Source: Felis catus | Lineage: Eukaryota | Length of the DNA: 64,000 nt | Direction: 5' to 3' | Assembly (NCBI RefSeq): GCF_018350175.1 | Contig: NC_058368.1 | Location: 171,990,001 to 172,054,000 of the forward strand | Shown: positions 23,110-35,804 of the stretch, one piece after another | Layout: each line of letters opens with the position of its first letter | How positions within the stretch are numbered: position 1 is the stretch's first letter | Notes under the pieces: model-generated | What the model saw: the letters and a program-made list of their open reading frames with translations, nothing else | Databases searched by the model: none | Told to the model about the DNA's origin: nothing | Translations under genes and position numbers: made by a program

Positions 23110-26100
23110 CTAAGTTAGGATAAAGCTCCTTGAGTGATTGCCTTCAGTTCTAGCTATTCCTCTCAACCGGACCTTTTAATCTGACAAAGTATTCCAACAA
23201 ATAAACTTTCCCCTGCTTTAGGCATGAATGCTAAGCTATAAAATCTGATATAGCCCGTCCATCTCCACTCCCAATAATAGACAAGTTTAGCAGACATGAA
23301 TTAATTCTAAACACTAACTATTTCTGAGAAATTGGCTTATGTTCCCTTTGGAACAAAGTTATTGAAAAGGCAAATTTCAGCAAGTACACAATTTGGATTT
23401 GCAGTAAGATTGGGACAGACTATGAAAAGGGAACTTTGAAGTTAAGGACAATTATTTTAGATGAAAAGATAATGTGCCTGACTTGCTAATATACTGTGGG
23501 AGTGATTAACAGCCAATTAACTGTGGCAAATTGCTATTGGAGAATAAAATTTCCAAATGACCTGAGTACTGAATGGGGCGTTAATGAGAGGGAAATAATG
23601 AAATGAAGGGTAAGCCCAAAAGAAACAAATAGCAATGTAAGTAAAAAAAAAAGTTTTCCCATAAAATATGGGTTGTGTTACCCAAGGTTAAGGCAAGGGA
23701 TGAGGCTTTTGCTGAGGATGGGAGCCAGCTGCACTATTGTCTGAATTCAGGTTATCACGTAGTGTTTTTGTATCTAAAATACGAAAAGAACAGAGTGCCA
23801 GAAATGCAAAAGGTAAGTTGCCAAGAGCTGAAGAATATTTGAGTAGTCATACTATTAAAATTTACCAAATAATTTTTCAAAAGTATCTGAAATAGAGAAT
23901 ATAAATTATTTTTTAACGTCTAATTCCCTCATACTATGTTGACTTTAAAATACTACTTTGTAGTGTTAAAAAAGTATGGACTTTAACTCCTGTACAGACC
24001 ACATCATTTTCCTGCCATTCTCCTAACTCTGTCCTGTGGTCTATAAAATTATATTCTGGTTTTTGTTAGACCATTGATGCTTCTTTCAACCTGTATGTTC
24101 TACATGTATTGTATTGTTCTTGGTGCTAAATACACTTTCCTTCCTCTGATATTCAGGATAACTCTTTCTCTACATTTGTGACTATTCACTTATTTTAAGT
24201 TATGTGATTGTTACTTTTTTTAATTAAAAATACTCATCATGGTGTATACTAGTGAAGGTGACCATTGAATATAAAGCAACATTAGTGTAAAGTAACTATT
24301 GACAATGATGCTAAATGGTACCTACACCACCTTTTGGAATCTAAGCACTTAGCCCAACTGTTGACCACTGAATCATGTACACAGCCCATGTACCCTGACC
24401 ATGGCTATTTGTACCAGAGGTGGATACTTGCCCCAGGAGAGACTCATCATCAACCAGCTAGTGACCAAAGACTTGCCTGGCTTAAGGGGTGGGGGGAGGG
24501 GGGGGGCGGGGAACTGAGCCAATCAATTTGAAATAAGAGTCACAAAGGAAATTTCTGGTTGGTGACTGAGTGCTAGAACTGAAATATCTTGTAGCATTAG
24601 GCTGAGTTAACTTGAAAATAGCAGAAAACCACATTTAGACATACCTTAGTTTTTTTTAATTTCAAAGATAGAGAAAACTCTAAAAAACATTTGTGAGGAG
24701 AGAGGAATAGGCTGCCTACAAAAAAGAAAAAGAAAAAATTAGATTGGTAACATTTCTCTGCAATGCTAAATGCCAAAAAAGAAAAAAACAATAGAATAAT
24801 ATGTGCAGTATTTGGAAGGGAATGGGAATATTACCTAAGAATTTTGAAACCAGCCGAATTAACATTTAATTTATCTGAAATACTTGTATCACTTAGGATC
24901 CTTACAGCTGTTAACAAGACCTCTAAAAGATAAGACGTTCATTTAACGAATGCTAGGTAGCTCACAGGATCTGTATGAGGGCCAGAAAATCATTCTCAGA
25001 AGCCCCACAGCAGAAAAGATACCCAACCATCTGTGAAACTGCTTCAGTAAAGATCCACTTGCTTCCCCTAAACGCCAGAACCATCTGACACCATACCCAC
25101 TGTAAAACAAGATTACATGTGGTACATCTTCCTCACGCTGCTCATTTGCGGACTGAAGTCTTGCTGGAGTGGACATGATTAGCAGAGGTTACGTATAGAG
25201 TCTGGGAGCTATGGGGCTATGTATAGAGTCTGGGAGCTCAAGTTTTGTTTTCTCCATTGAGGAAGCTGGATTCATAAAACATGAACTCTCCAAATCCATG
25301 AGGGGCACTTTGAAAGCATTGGGCAACTAGAAACCATGAGATGTTTTGCCATAGTATTCCTGCTGCCCCAACAATTAAAACAAATGGAAAAGTGTTAAGG
25401 AAACAAAATTTGAGCAATAAAACTTTTCAAGCTGAATAAATGTGTTAATAATTGTAGTTAATCTGATAATGCTAATCCACAGTGATAATAAATCTCAGTG
25501 TTAATGTCCACATAAAACTGAAAAGATGAAATGTTTAATAATTTAAACATTAAATTCCAGATTATTCTAACCCAAATTGGGAAACGAGTTGCAAGGTAGA
25601 GAAGACATAAAAGCATGCTAAATTTCTAGTTTTATGTAGGCAGTGTCAATAGATCCTATTTTACTTTTAACTTAGAAAAATACAAAGTCAATTTTTTAGT
25701 TTAATGGTAACCTCAATGTTAAAAAATTAAAATTTCCGCCCAAACCACTAGCCAAAGACAACAACTAAGAACACTTGAACAAGATCAAGGAATGGGAGAC
25801 ATAGGGGAGAATTAGCCACAAAGAAGCATAAAATGACAGAACAGTACCAAATGATAAATGGATTAAACAAATATAATAATTATTCTCAGATTGAAGTCAA
25901 GTAAAAAAGTCCTCCAACTATATGCCATGAATAAAAGACACACTAAAATGATCCAGAATGGATAAAACTACAAGTACAACCACACTTGCACAGGCAAATG
26001 TAAAGAAAGTAGTTAATGCAAATTTATGTCAGACAGTATAGTTCTGGATAAAAGGTAGCAAATATAATGAAAAGGAGATTAGTATCACTCATGACTTTCT

Positions 26101-26945
26101 TTAAATTTCAAATGATTTAGTATCAAATGTATGAAATTACAAATAGAAAATAAAAAAACGATGAAAACAAGTGAGACTCAGTGTTTGACAGGTGACGTGG
26201 TCTATACAAAACAAAGGGAGCTGTTTTTATTTAAAACCACAACTTCCTTCCAGACAGGGTGGACCTTGTTAAAGGAAGGCTCTCAGCGGTCCTTTTCTAT
26301 AGCTGAGGACCTTCATGGGTTTGGGATCTATAAAGCCAAGCCTGGAGGGAGGGTTAGAGAAAATTTAACAGATTTGCTTATGAGAGGCAAGATCTTGGGA
26401 TTCTCGGGGTACCCAGGCAATGGCGGGGGGTGGGGTGGGGGCTGAGGAGTAAAGATAGGAGAGGACAAAAGGGAAGAGGAGGCAGCAAAATGAGAAGTCA
26501 GGGTCATATGAAAACCTTGATGATGCAGCAGTTAAAATGATTTTAGAAACTGAGATACGTTACTTCAGTTGCAACCCTAAGTTCTTTGCAAAATCTCTGT
26601 TCCAGTATTAATGTACTCATTGATTTTTATTTTTCAGAATCTTTTCATAACAATTGCAACTGGCTTCACCATCACACTATCAATATTTATTTGAATTTAA
26701 GTATAAATTAGATGTAAGTTTTCACCACTGTTTCCTCTGTATTACATGCCTTTCACTATCTTCAATTCTTCATGTGAATATGATTTGCCTTAACTGGACT
26801 ATGTCCTTAAATAGTTCCTTTTTTCCAGAAAAGCTAAGTTAAGGATATACTTTCTAAATCCTTGCTCGTTTAAAGTTGTTTTCTTTTGCTGTCACACAAA
26901 GGATAATTCGGGTCCCAATTCTTTTTCCTCAAAAAACTTATGTTT

Positions 26946-27160
26946 GGGGTGCCTGGGTGGCTCAGTCAGTTAAGAGTCCAACTCTTCATTTCAGCTCAGG
27001 TCATGATCTCACAGTTCATGAGTTCAAGCCCCATGTCAGGCTCTGTGCTGACAGTGTGGAGCCTGCTTGGGATTCTCTCTCCTCCTCTCTCTCTGGCCCT
27101 CCCCTGCTCACACTCTTTCTCTCAAAATAAATAAACTTATTAAAAGCAAAACAAAAAAAA
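26946..27160 (+). mobile_element. Can-SINE
   Basis: Typical head, body and tail. Confidence 0.88.
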
Positions 27161-27918
27161 ATTCTAATGTTTACTGTGGCTAAGAAGTTCAAATATCAGT
27201 CTGAGTTTTGTTTACATTATACATAACTCTTATTTCCTAACTTAGTGATTGTAGGGTTTTGTTCTTATCCTTGAAATAAAGAAATTATACTGGCATAGTC
27301 CAGTTTCGTGTCTTTTTCCCACAAGTCTGTCTTTTAATATTGAATCTTAGTGATCTCCAGTCTTCAGTTCAATACATGTTCTCATGTCATCTCGGTCCTG
27401 ATTGCTGCTTTCCCGTCATCTCCTTTCTCTCACTTTGCAGGGGCAGAGACAAAGCCATACTATGGCTTGAACACCAACTTCAGATCAACCATATCTATTA
27501 AAATGGCCCTCTCCATCAGACACCAGACTCTTAGTGGTGCCTACATGGGGATTGTACTGTCAGGAGTTCCTGGTGCCCAGACATTGCATTATGTTCCTCT
27601 AGAAATGAAAAGAGCACCTATCTACCACTCAGTATCAACATTTTCCCATAAGAGTGCTTGTGTTCAAATGCCATAAAGGATTTTTAATGAAACAGTTTTA
27701 TTATAAAAAAGATTTTGCCTCTAGTCTACCCTCCCATCCCAAGATATAGATATGAATCCAACAGAGACTGGATGTGGCATGTAAGCAACTCTTACTCATA
27801 AACACCATGTTGTGCTCTGTGTTTTCCCCCTGACTGAAAGCTCTTTCGTTAGGTCAGGTTGGTGAACTTAACTTTTAGTTATCCTAGGGCAGATTCTGTG
27901 TTCTTTAGAAATTGATTT

Positions 27919-28130
27919 CTGGGGTGGCTCAGTCAGCTAAGCAACCGACTTCAGTCATGGTCTCGCTGTTTGAGCCCAGCATTGGGCTCTGTGCTGACAG
28001 CTCACAACCTGGAGCCTGCTTCAGATTCTGTCTCCCTCTTTCTCGCTGCCCCTCCCCGGCTCACACTCTGTCTGTGTGTCTCTCTCTCTTTCTCTCTCTC
28101 AAAAATAAATAAATATTAAAAAAAAATTTG
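27919..28130 (+). mobile_element. Can-SINE (5'-eroded)
   Basis: Body, (CT)n and tail present. Confidence 0.85.
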
Positions 28131-28380
28131 TTTAAAGAAATTAACTTCTGACACGATGGTAGATAATATTTTCAAAGATGGCACAGTATCTGCCATCCCA
28201 CATGCTTTTTTGCAATGTGGGAATCTATTACTGAGCTGGCCCTGTGACTGCTTTGACCAATAAAATGTGGAAGAAGTTACAAGACCAGACATTATAAAGG
28301 CCTGGTAGTTTCTACTGTGCCATCGGCAGGAAGCTAGCCACTAGGTAAGAAGCCCTGAAGCTACCATGCTATGAGGCAGT

Positions 28381-29328
28381 TGTTAAAGAAAAAAGTTATT
28401 CTGACACTTGTTAAAATGGTAAGGAAGACTTCAAGGCTACTGCAATAGGGATACTGGACTAGAGGAGAGAGATCAGTTCAACTCCAAATGCAGCAAAGAC
28501 AGTTGGAGATTTATAACCAAAGGGCAGAGTAAGGGCCTCAGTAGATGGAAAATTTCTAAGGGTAAATTCTTGTTGAAGACAGGCCAAGGACTATCAGAGA
28601 TGGGAATGAGGAATTTGATCAGATATTGAGGGTGATCAGATAACAAGAGTAGGGGGGTGCTCAACATACTTACTTTGATGGTTAATTTTCTGTGACAAAT
28701 TAACTGGGCTAAGGGATACCCACATAGCTGTTAAAACATTGCAGGGTGTGTCTGTGAATATGTTTCGGAAGAGATTAGCATTCAAATCAGAGGACTGAGT
28801 AAAAAATATCTGCCTCCACCAATATGGGCAGGCATCATCTAATCTGTTGAGAGTCCAAATAGAACAAAAAAAGGGGAGAAATGGCACATTTTCTCTCTCT
28901 TTTCTTGAACTGGGACTTCCATCTCCTGTCCTCCGATATCTGATCTCGTTTCTCAGATATTCTAACTGGGACTTACACCATCAGCAATCCTGGTTCTCAG
29001 GCTTTTGGATTCAGGCTGATTTATACCATCAGCTTTCCTCGTTCTCCAAGCTTGCAGATAGCATATTGTGGCATATCTCAGCCTCCATGGTGTGGGCCAA
29101 TTCCTATAATAATCTCATATATCTCTATATATCTTACAGTTCTGTCTCTTGGGAGAACCCTGACTGATACATTTAACTTAGCAGCATTCTTGCTAAAACT
29201 GGGATAGACAGGCAAAAAAAACACAAAAAACAACAAAAAAAAAAACACGGGACAAGGTCAAGGCCAGTCAAGACAAGAGCTCAGAGGAGCCTATCTAAAG
29301 AAGTTTGGTCAAGGAGAGAGGCTTTATC
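28381..29328 (-). mobile_element. ERVL-type solo LTR (MER74/MER88-like) nested in the MLT1
   Basis: TG...CA ends (tgttaaagaaaa ... gctttatca); family assigned by eye. Confidence 0.5.
28675..29171 (+). mobile_element. MLT2 (ERVL) solo LTR nested in the previous LTR
   Basis: tgatggttaatttt start, gggtgtgtctgtga internal motif, gagaaccctgactgataca end. Confidence 0.75.
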
Positions 29329-29544
29329 AAATTTCAGCCTAGCCATATGGAGATACTACACCACAGGAAAAGGAAGGTACCAGCAACCCTTCAGCTGATT
29401 CAACCATACCAGCGAGGCAGAGATATAGGAGTAAAGAAGTCATTTGGGACTTTCTATCTCCAGCAGATGCCATGTGGAACAGAGATCAGCTGTTCCAGCT
29501 AAGCTCTACCCAAACTACAGTTTTGTGAGGAAATACATTGTTCT

Positions 29545-29756
29545 TTTAATTTTTTTTAACATTTATTTATTATTGAGAGACAGAGACAGAGCGTGAGCAG
29601 GGGAGGGGCAGAGAGAGAGGGAGACACAGAATCTGAAGCAGGTTCCAGTCTCCGAGCTGTCAGCACAGAGCCCAACATGGGGCTCGAACTCACAAACCGC
29701 AAGATCATGACCTGAGCAGGTCAGACGCTGAATCAACTGAGCCACCCAGGTGCCCT
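29545..29756 (-). mobile_element. Can-SINE
   Basis: Reverse-complement head at 29735-29756. Confidence 0.88.
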
Positions 29757-30375
29757 GGATACACTGTTCTCTTAAAGCACTAACTTTTAGAGTGTTTTGT
29801 TACATTGTAATAGACAAGTGAAACAGACCATCCGTTAGTTAGCCAGGCTGGCCTGAGTTTTCTCATTGACTCAGTGCAGGCTGGGATGGCCCTGGTATAC
29901 CTGTATGCTTAACAGTCTCACCCCTTAGAGCTGTGAGAAATTCGAGCAAGAGCTATTTTATTATTTTTATCTGTATCCCTAACACTTCTTAAAGTAGCTG
30001 GCACATAGTAGCTTCTCAAAATGTCCTTGTTGAATGCAATAGAAGCCATCCAGTGATTTGTAGCACAGATATCATGTAATCCACCAATTCTTCCCCTAAT
30101 CACATTCCTGTCAAAGCTCACAGATCATCTTACATATCTACCAGTACCCTCCTGTCCATGCACACATATATATCATATCTCTTCTTCAATCCCTTCTTCC
30201 TGCTTTCAATTCTTCCCAACTATTTTAGGAAAATTTCTCTTGCCCATCTTGGTCTTCTCTTTCCACCTTTGTGAACCCCATCCCTACCCAGTAGCCTCAA
30301 CCAAGGCTGACAGGTTGAATTTAGTGGCACATATAAATAAGGAAAAGGAAGACAGTTTGATAAGAATTAGATTTG

Positions 30376-30565
30376 AGAGGCGCCTGGATGGTTCAGTTGG
30401 TTAAGCATTGGACTTTGGCTCAGGTCATGATCTCTGGGTTCGTAGGTTCGAGCCCTATGTCAGGCTCTCCACTGGGAGTGCAGAGTCTGCTTGGGATTCT
30501 CTCTCTCCCTCTCCCACTCACGCTTCCTTTCCCTCTCGAAATAAATAAACTTTATTTAAAAAAAT
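30376..30565 (+). mobile_element. Can-SINE
   Basis: Flanked by repeated AATTAGATTTGA. Confidence 0.85.
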
Positions 30566-31779
30566 TAGATTTGAAAACTAGTGCCATCAATCTCTAAAGC
30601 CCTATTCGTCATTTTCACAATTTTCCACATGCAACTTCATCCTCCTTTAAACCAACCTGCTTGTAAGATATTTCAACTGTAGTGTAGAGTTAAATAGAAG
30701 TTATGGATCTAGCACAGAATGGCACTCAAAAATATCAGCTCCATCATTAACTCCCTTAGTGTTTAGGAACCAGGAAACATAACCAATTTTAATATTGGGC
30801 TTTTTTGTCTGCAAGTATTTACATAGGTCTAAGAAAACCCTATGGTGAGTAGGCTACTGTATGTATTAAACCTCAGGCTACCTTGTTCATGTCCCATTTT
30901 TCCCATATGATGTATAAAATATTGATTTTCTGAAAAGTATTTGAGTTTTCATGATGCAACTAAAGTATGAAAATAAATCTTAAAACAGGCAAAGTAGATA
31001 TTTTAAAGCTTGGATTCATTTCATCCCTGTTGTGTTTTGTTGGTCACATTGCATGAAGCTCTTTTTACAGGAATCACGTACACTTCAAGAAAGAAGTAAG
31101 ACTGATGTATTTACATCAGCACCAAACTAATCCGGTACTGCGAAACTACAAGGAAGATTGAGAGGCAGGAATTGAGGGGGTGGAGAAAAGTCAGGGGCTT
31201 CCAGAAGGACCAGATGGGCATTATGCTCAGCCATCATTAGCCTGAATGGCCATTAACTAACTTCAATGAGACTCAAGCTTTGGGGAGGATTTTTGTTTGT
31301 TTGTTTGATCTGTAATAAAGAATACTTACCTTTGAAAAGTGCCTTTGTTGGTGTGGACTAAACAGCAGCTACTAGAATAGGAATGAAGGTGTGTTTAGTT
31401 GAAGAACGGAAATGCTGAAATAGTGCTTTGCAATTAACCTAAGGTATGCAAAAAATATAATGAATTGTAAGGTAGAAGGTGTTTTTCAGTAGTTTAAAAA
31501 GGTGTATAGTCAAATTCTTAACATTTAGACGTCTTATTGAAACAGTAATTTATCTTGTTTCACCACTATAAACATACGTATTTGCCAAGTTGGAAACAAG
31601 CAAGCTGTGGGGTCCAGGAGCAGATCAAGATTAAACATAAGAGGCATTTCCTCGCCTACTCGGATCTGTGTAGACAGATCACTCGCGGTATACAGCCTTC
31701 ACCTAAGGGTGGGGGTAGCTAACACCATTCAAACTCAGTGTGAAACTGGATGTGAAGGAGCGTAAAATATTAACCCCAT

Positions 31780-32360
31780 TTTAGCGACAGCGTAAGGTTC
31801 TAAAACTTCGGGTTTTGACAAGAGAAGGAATTCGAAGCGTTCGTGGATCCTCTCGCGATAAGAGAGGTGCTAACGCCACGTCAGAAACTACATACGTTAG
31901 TGCAGAGCGACAGATGCCGGAACAAATGATAGCTGAACAACCGCGGAAGCGTAGGCGGGCAGGTGGGCTGGACTTCCGCCGGAAAACGGAGTCGCCTGGG
32001 AAATCTCAGAGCCGGATACCGGCAGGCTTTCTGCCCGGAGGCCGTGGGCGGGCGCTGTGTGGGCCTGGGCAAAGATGGCTTGCGCTGCTGCACGGTCCCC
32101 GGCCGACCAGGACAGGTGGGTCCTGAGAAAGGGAAGGGCTTGCCGCGAGCCCGCGGGTGTTGCGCCACCCTCCCCACCCCCGAGAAGGGCTAGCGGCGGG
32201 GAGCTGGGCTCCGGCCGCAGGCTCCGGGCCGCTCCTCGGGTGTCGGTTCCTCTGGGAGGCCAGCAGCGCCAGGCTCTTCGTAGGTCCTCGAAATTCCGAC
32301 TCTGGGTAGCTCAGTGTCTGCCTGTACCTGAGACAAAGGACCTTGGGTGCGACGTGGGCA
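31780..32360 (+). promoter_or_regulatory. SRP19: SRP19 CpG island and TATA-less promoter
   Basis: Abrupt GC- and CpG-rich stretch around exon 1. Several CGGAA/TTCCG ETS-type cores, TCTCGCGATA at 31851-31860, and YY1-like AAGATGGC overlapping the start codon. Confidence 0.85.
32075..32115 (+). CDS. SRP19: SRP19 exon 1, coding part: MACAAARSPADQD(R)
   Basis: aagATGG start in good Kozak context, CAG|GTGGGT donor, 41 nt. Confidence 0.95.
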
Positions 32361-32754
32361 GACATTGAGTAACAGACTCACAAGTGACAAATCTGTTTTC
32401 TTGTTACGTTCAGGAAGGTTCGTTCAGGTTCTTCACAGTCTTTTAAAACCTCTGGTGCCGTAGTTTCTGTGTGACAGCAGGCCCCACCCTCGGGAAGTTC
32501 TCTAGGCAGCTGTAGCTAACTGAACAGTGAAGGCATTGGTTTAGTTTGGTTTTAAACCTTCTCCGGCAAGTGGTGTTTTCTAAATAGTAAACGAAAGTTT
32601 ACTTTTTAGGTAAGTTAAGTAAAAGGGAGACAATTTAAAGAAAAACTACTAAGTAAATAACAGGTATGCTGGCAGTCCTGTTGGTGATGAAAGAATGAAT
32701 GAGTTTTTGGAAATACTGCTCTGCTGATACTAGCTGTGCTTCCTTCTGTGACAG

Positions 32755-32830
32755 ATTCATTTGTATCTATCCCGCTTATTTAAATAACAAGAAGACCATC
32801 GCGGAGGGGAGGCGAATCCCCATAAGCAAG
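32755..32830 (+). CDS. SRP19: SRP19 exon 2: FICIYPAYLNNKKTIAEGRRIPISK
   Basis: gacAG acceptor, AAG|GTAAAT donor, 76 nt; contains the SRP19 IYPAY and GRRIP motifs. Confidence 0.97.
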
Positions 32831-33185
32831 GTAAATGGGCTGCCACCTCGGTACTTGAGGGGCTCTGAGAGGTTGTACTGTTAGGGCTGCAAGGGCTTCT
32901 TTTACTGGACTGTATTGTGTAGGACCTGAAGTGAACAGCTGCCAAGAATTGAGGCGCTTAACAGTGGTGAAACCAGAAAGGCTCTAATTCCTAGCTGGGG
33001 GGATTTTTTAAATGGTTCTTCATGAGCCTGTGCTTGAAAGAGGATGGGTGGGGGTAGGGTTTGTATGTTGTTACTGGTTTTTAAACCAAGATTGTGAAAA
33101 CCTTGCCCTTAATAAAGGAAACCAAGCTTACATTATTGTATAATATGTCCAGAATGCAACTGCGTTTTTAAAAAAGACTTGCAGA

Positions 33186-33420
33186 GGGGCGCCTGGGTGG
33201 CTCAGTCGGTTAAGCATCTGACTTCGGCTCAGGTCATGATCTCGCGGTCCGTGAGATCGAGCCCCACGTCAGGCTCTGAGCTGACAGCTCAGAGCCTGGA
33301 GCCTGTTTCAGATTCTGTGTCTGTTTCTCTGACCCTCCCCTGTTCATGCTCTGTCTCTCTCTGTCTCAAAAATAAATAAACATTTTAAAAAATTTTTTTA
33401 ATTTAAAAAAAAAAGTAAAA
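33186..33420 (+). mobile_element. Can-SINE in SRP19 intron 2
   Basis: Typical structure; AAAAAGACTTG.AGAG flanks. Confidence 0.9.
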
Positions 33421-33564
33421 AGACTTGTAGAGAATTTAGATGTGTTGAGTTTTATAGTTTATGTCCATTATCTTTTTTTTTTTATAGGGGTAAAGTGTAA
33501 TACTTTTAAAAAGTAGGGTGTTGCAGCTGTTAAAAATAGGATTTTTCCCTTGTTTAGGTTTTAC

Positions 33565-33757
33565 TTTTTCATGTTTGTTTATTTTTGAGACAGAGTAAGC
33601 GGAGTAGGGGTGGAGAAGCAGGGAGAGGGAGAATCCCAAGCAGGCTCCATGTTGTCAGTGCAGAGCCCGAGGATGGGCTCGATCTCATGAAACCATGATA
33701 TCATGACCAGAGCCGAAATTAAGTGTGGGACACTTAATCAACTGAGCCAGGCGCCCC
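33565..33757 (-). mobile_element. Can-SINE in SRP19 intron 2
   Basis: Reverse-complement SINE; CCCT.TGTTTA flanks. Confidence 0.85.
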
Positions 33758-34249
33758 AAAGCCCTGTTTATGTTTTGTAATCTAATGACAGATTCAAGGA
33801 AGTGACCTGAAGCGATGCATTATTTTTGTGTTATTTAATATTTCCCATTTTGTTGTTTAGATATGTGTAAAGGAAGGTCTGCTTTGCTGCCCCAGAGTAA
33901 AAGAGACTATACCAAAGCCCTGATTCAGGATAATGCCTGACATCAAGCCAATGTGACAGAGGCCTCTGGTAGCAGGGTCTCACATAACTTGGAGAATAAC
34001 TGGTTTTTAACTTTATTGACATATAGGATACATACAGAAATATAGATAAGTCTTAAGTGTATATCTTGATTAATTTTCACAGACTGAGTACACACATGGG
34101 TAACCAAGCACCCAAATTAAAAAAAGAAAGCATTTTCAGCACCTAGGAAGATTCTTTTGTCTCCTCACAGTCACTGCCCCCTCCTCATACTCACAAGGAT
34201 AACCACTGTCCTGACTTCCAGCACAATATATTAATTTTGTTTTTAAACT

Positions 34250-34593
34250 TTATTTTTTAAATTTTATTTTATTTATTATTATTTTTTAAATGTTTTTCTT
34301 TATTTTTGAGACAGAGACAGAGCATGAACGGGGTGGGTCAGAGAGAGAGGGAGACACAGAATCCGAAGCAGGCTCCAGGCTCTGAGCTGTCAGCACAGAG
34401 CCCAATGCGGGGCTCGAACCCACAACTGCGAGGTCATGACCTGAGCTGAAGTCGGAAGCTTAACCGACTGACCCACCCAGGCGCCCTTTTAAATTTTATT
34501 TTAAAGTAATCCCTGCACCCAGCGTGGGGCTTCAACTCACAACCCCAAGATCAAGAGTCGCATGCTCTTCCAACCAAGCCATCCAGGCGTCCC
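34250..34593 (-). mobile_element. Can-SINE plus an adjacent short tRNA-like SINE head
   Basis: Two reverse-complement heads ending at 34486 and 34593. Confidence 0.85.
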
Positions 34594-34722
34594 TTTAAAT
34601 TTTATTTAAATGGCATTACATACACTATGTACTTTTGTGTCTGTCTTTTTTCACTGAACTTTAAGCTTAAGAAATTTATTTACGTTTTTTATTGTAGTTT
34701 GTTAATTTTCACTGCCCTGTAG

Positions 34723-34928
34723 CAGGGTTTCTCAACAACAGCACCACTGACATTTTGAGCCAGATCATTCTTGTGTGGGGGCTGTTCTGTGCATTTTAGG
34801 TTTTTTAGCAGCATGTTTGGCCTCTACCCACCAGATACCAGTGCCTTGCCTGACTCCTGTGACAATTAAAAATGTCTCCTAGCATTGTAAATATCAGAGG
34901 GGAAAAATTACCTTACTGAAAACCACTG
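34723..34928. mobile_element. MER20-like hAT DNA transposon with 8-bp TSD
   Basis: CAGGGTTTCTCAAC...AAAACCACTG termini; flanks CCCTGTAG and CTCTGTAG. Confidence 0.8.
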
Positions 34929-35492
34929 CTCTGTAGTGTTGAAGTGTATAAATATACCACAGTCTATTCTACTGTTGATGGATAATTGGGTTGCTTCTAG
35001 TTTGGGGCTATTACACATACTACTACTGTCAACATTCTTTAGCTTGTCTTTTAGGGAACATGTTTTGCATTTTTCATGGATATATACTAGAAGTGGAATT
35101 GCCCATCCATGAAGAATGCATATGTTTAGCTTTAGTGGACGCTACCAAACCATTTTCTAAAACGGTTGTTACCTATAATAGTTGTTTAATCAGTATTCAT
35201 TTAGCACTTACTATGCTCCAAGCCTCATACCAGATAACTTGGGAATATAGTGATAAAACAGTACTTGCCTTTGTGAAGTTCATGTTCTGTTGGAAGGGGA
35301 TGGACACACAAGTATGAATCAGTGCTATTCCCAGGAGTTTTTAAAATTACAATGCAAAAAACTGTACCTAATGAAAAGGAGACCTAAGGTTTTGATAGGT
35401 ATTGTGATTGTAGTATTTGAAATGATTCACCCAACAATACAGCAGTAGCCACTTACGGTAAGCTGTTTAGTGTTTTTGTTTTAACTGTTCAG

Positions 35493-35564
35493 GCTGTTGA
35501 AAATCCTACAGCTACTGAGATTCAAGATGTGTGCTCAGCAGTTGGACTTAATGTATTCCTTGAG
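35493..35564 (+). CDS. SRP19: SRP19 exon 3: AVENPTATEIQDVCSAVGLNVFLE
   Basis: ttcAG acceptor, GAG|GTAAGA donor, 72 nt. Confidence 0.96.
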
Positions 35565-35692
35565 GTAAGAGGTGTTTCTTTCTTCACTATTTTTCCTACT
35601 CAATCTCATTGATGTAATAACTTTCTTAAAGCCTGTTTTTTTGTGTTTTGTTTTGTTTTTGTTTTTGTTTTTGTTTTGCCTTTTCACATTAG

Positions 35693-35804
35693 AAAAATAA
35701 AATGTACTCTAGAGAATGGAATCGTGATGTTCAGTACAGGGGCCGAGTCCGGGTCCAGCTCAAACAGGAAGATGGCAGCCTCTGTCTCGTACAGTTTCCA
35801 TCAC
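35693..35804 (+). CDS. SRP19: SRP19 exon 4: KNKMYSREWNRDVQYRGRVRVQLKQEDGSLCLVQFPS(R)
   Basis: Long T-rich tract plus cattAG acceptor, CAC|GTAAGC donor, 112 nt; contains the GRVRVQL motif. Confidence 0.96.

Larger units (their letters stand above)
28153..29824 (+). mobile_element. MaLR (MLT1-type) solo LTR split by nested insertions
   Basis: 5' part gccctgtgactgctttgaccaata and 3' part ttgttacattgtaatagacaagtgaaaca; subfamily not determined. Confidence 0.6.

Noticed and set aside
24487..24511. G-run that could form a G-quadruplex
   Set aside because: Isolated intergenic homopolymer-like tract with no supporting context.
31815..32390. Overlapping ORFs on both strands at the SRP19 promoter
   Set aside because: Stop-codon scarcity in a GC-rich CpG island; only 32075-32115 is coding.
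33785..33812. Possible box C/D snoRNA (ATGAC...CTGA) in SRP19 intron 2
   Set aside because: Imperfect C box, far too short, no terminal stem.
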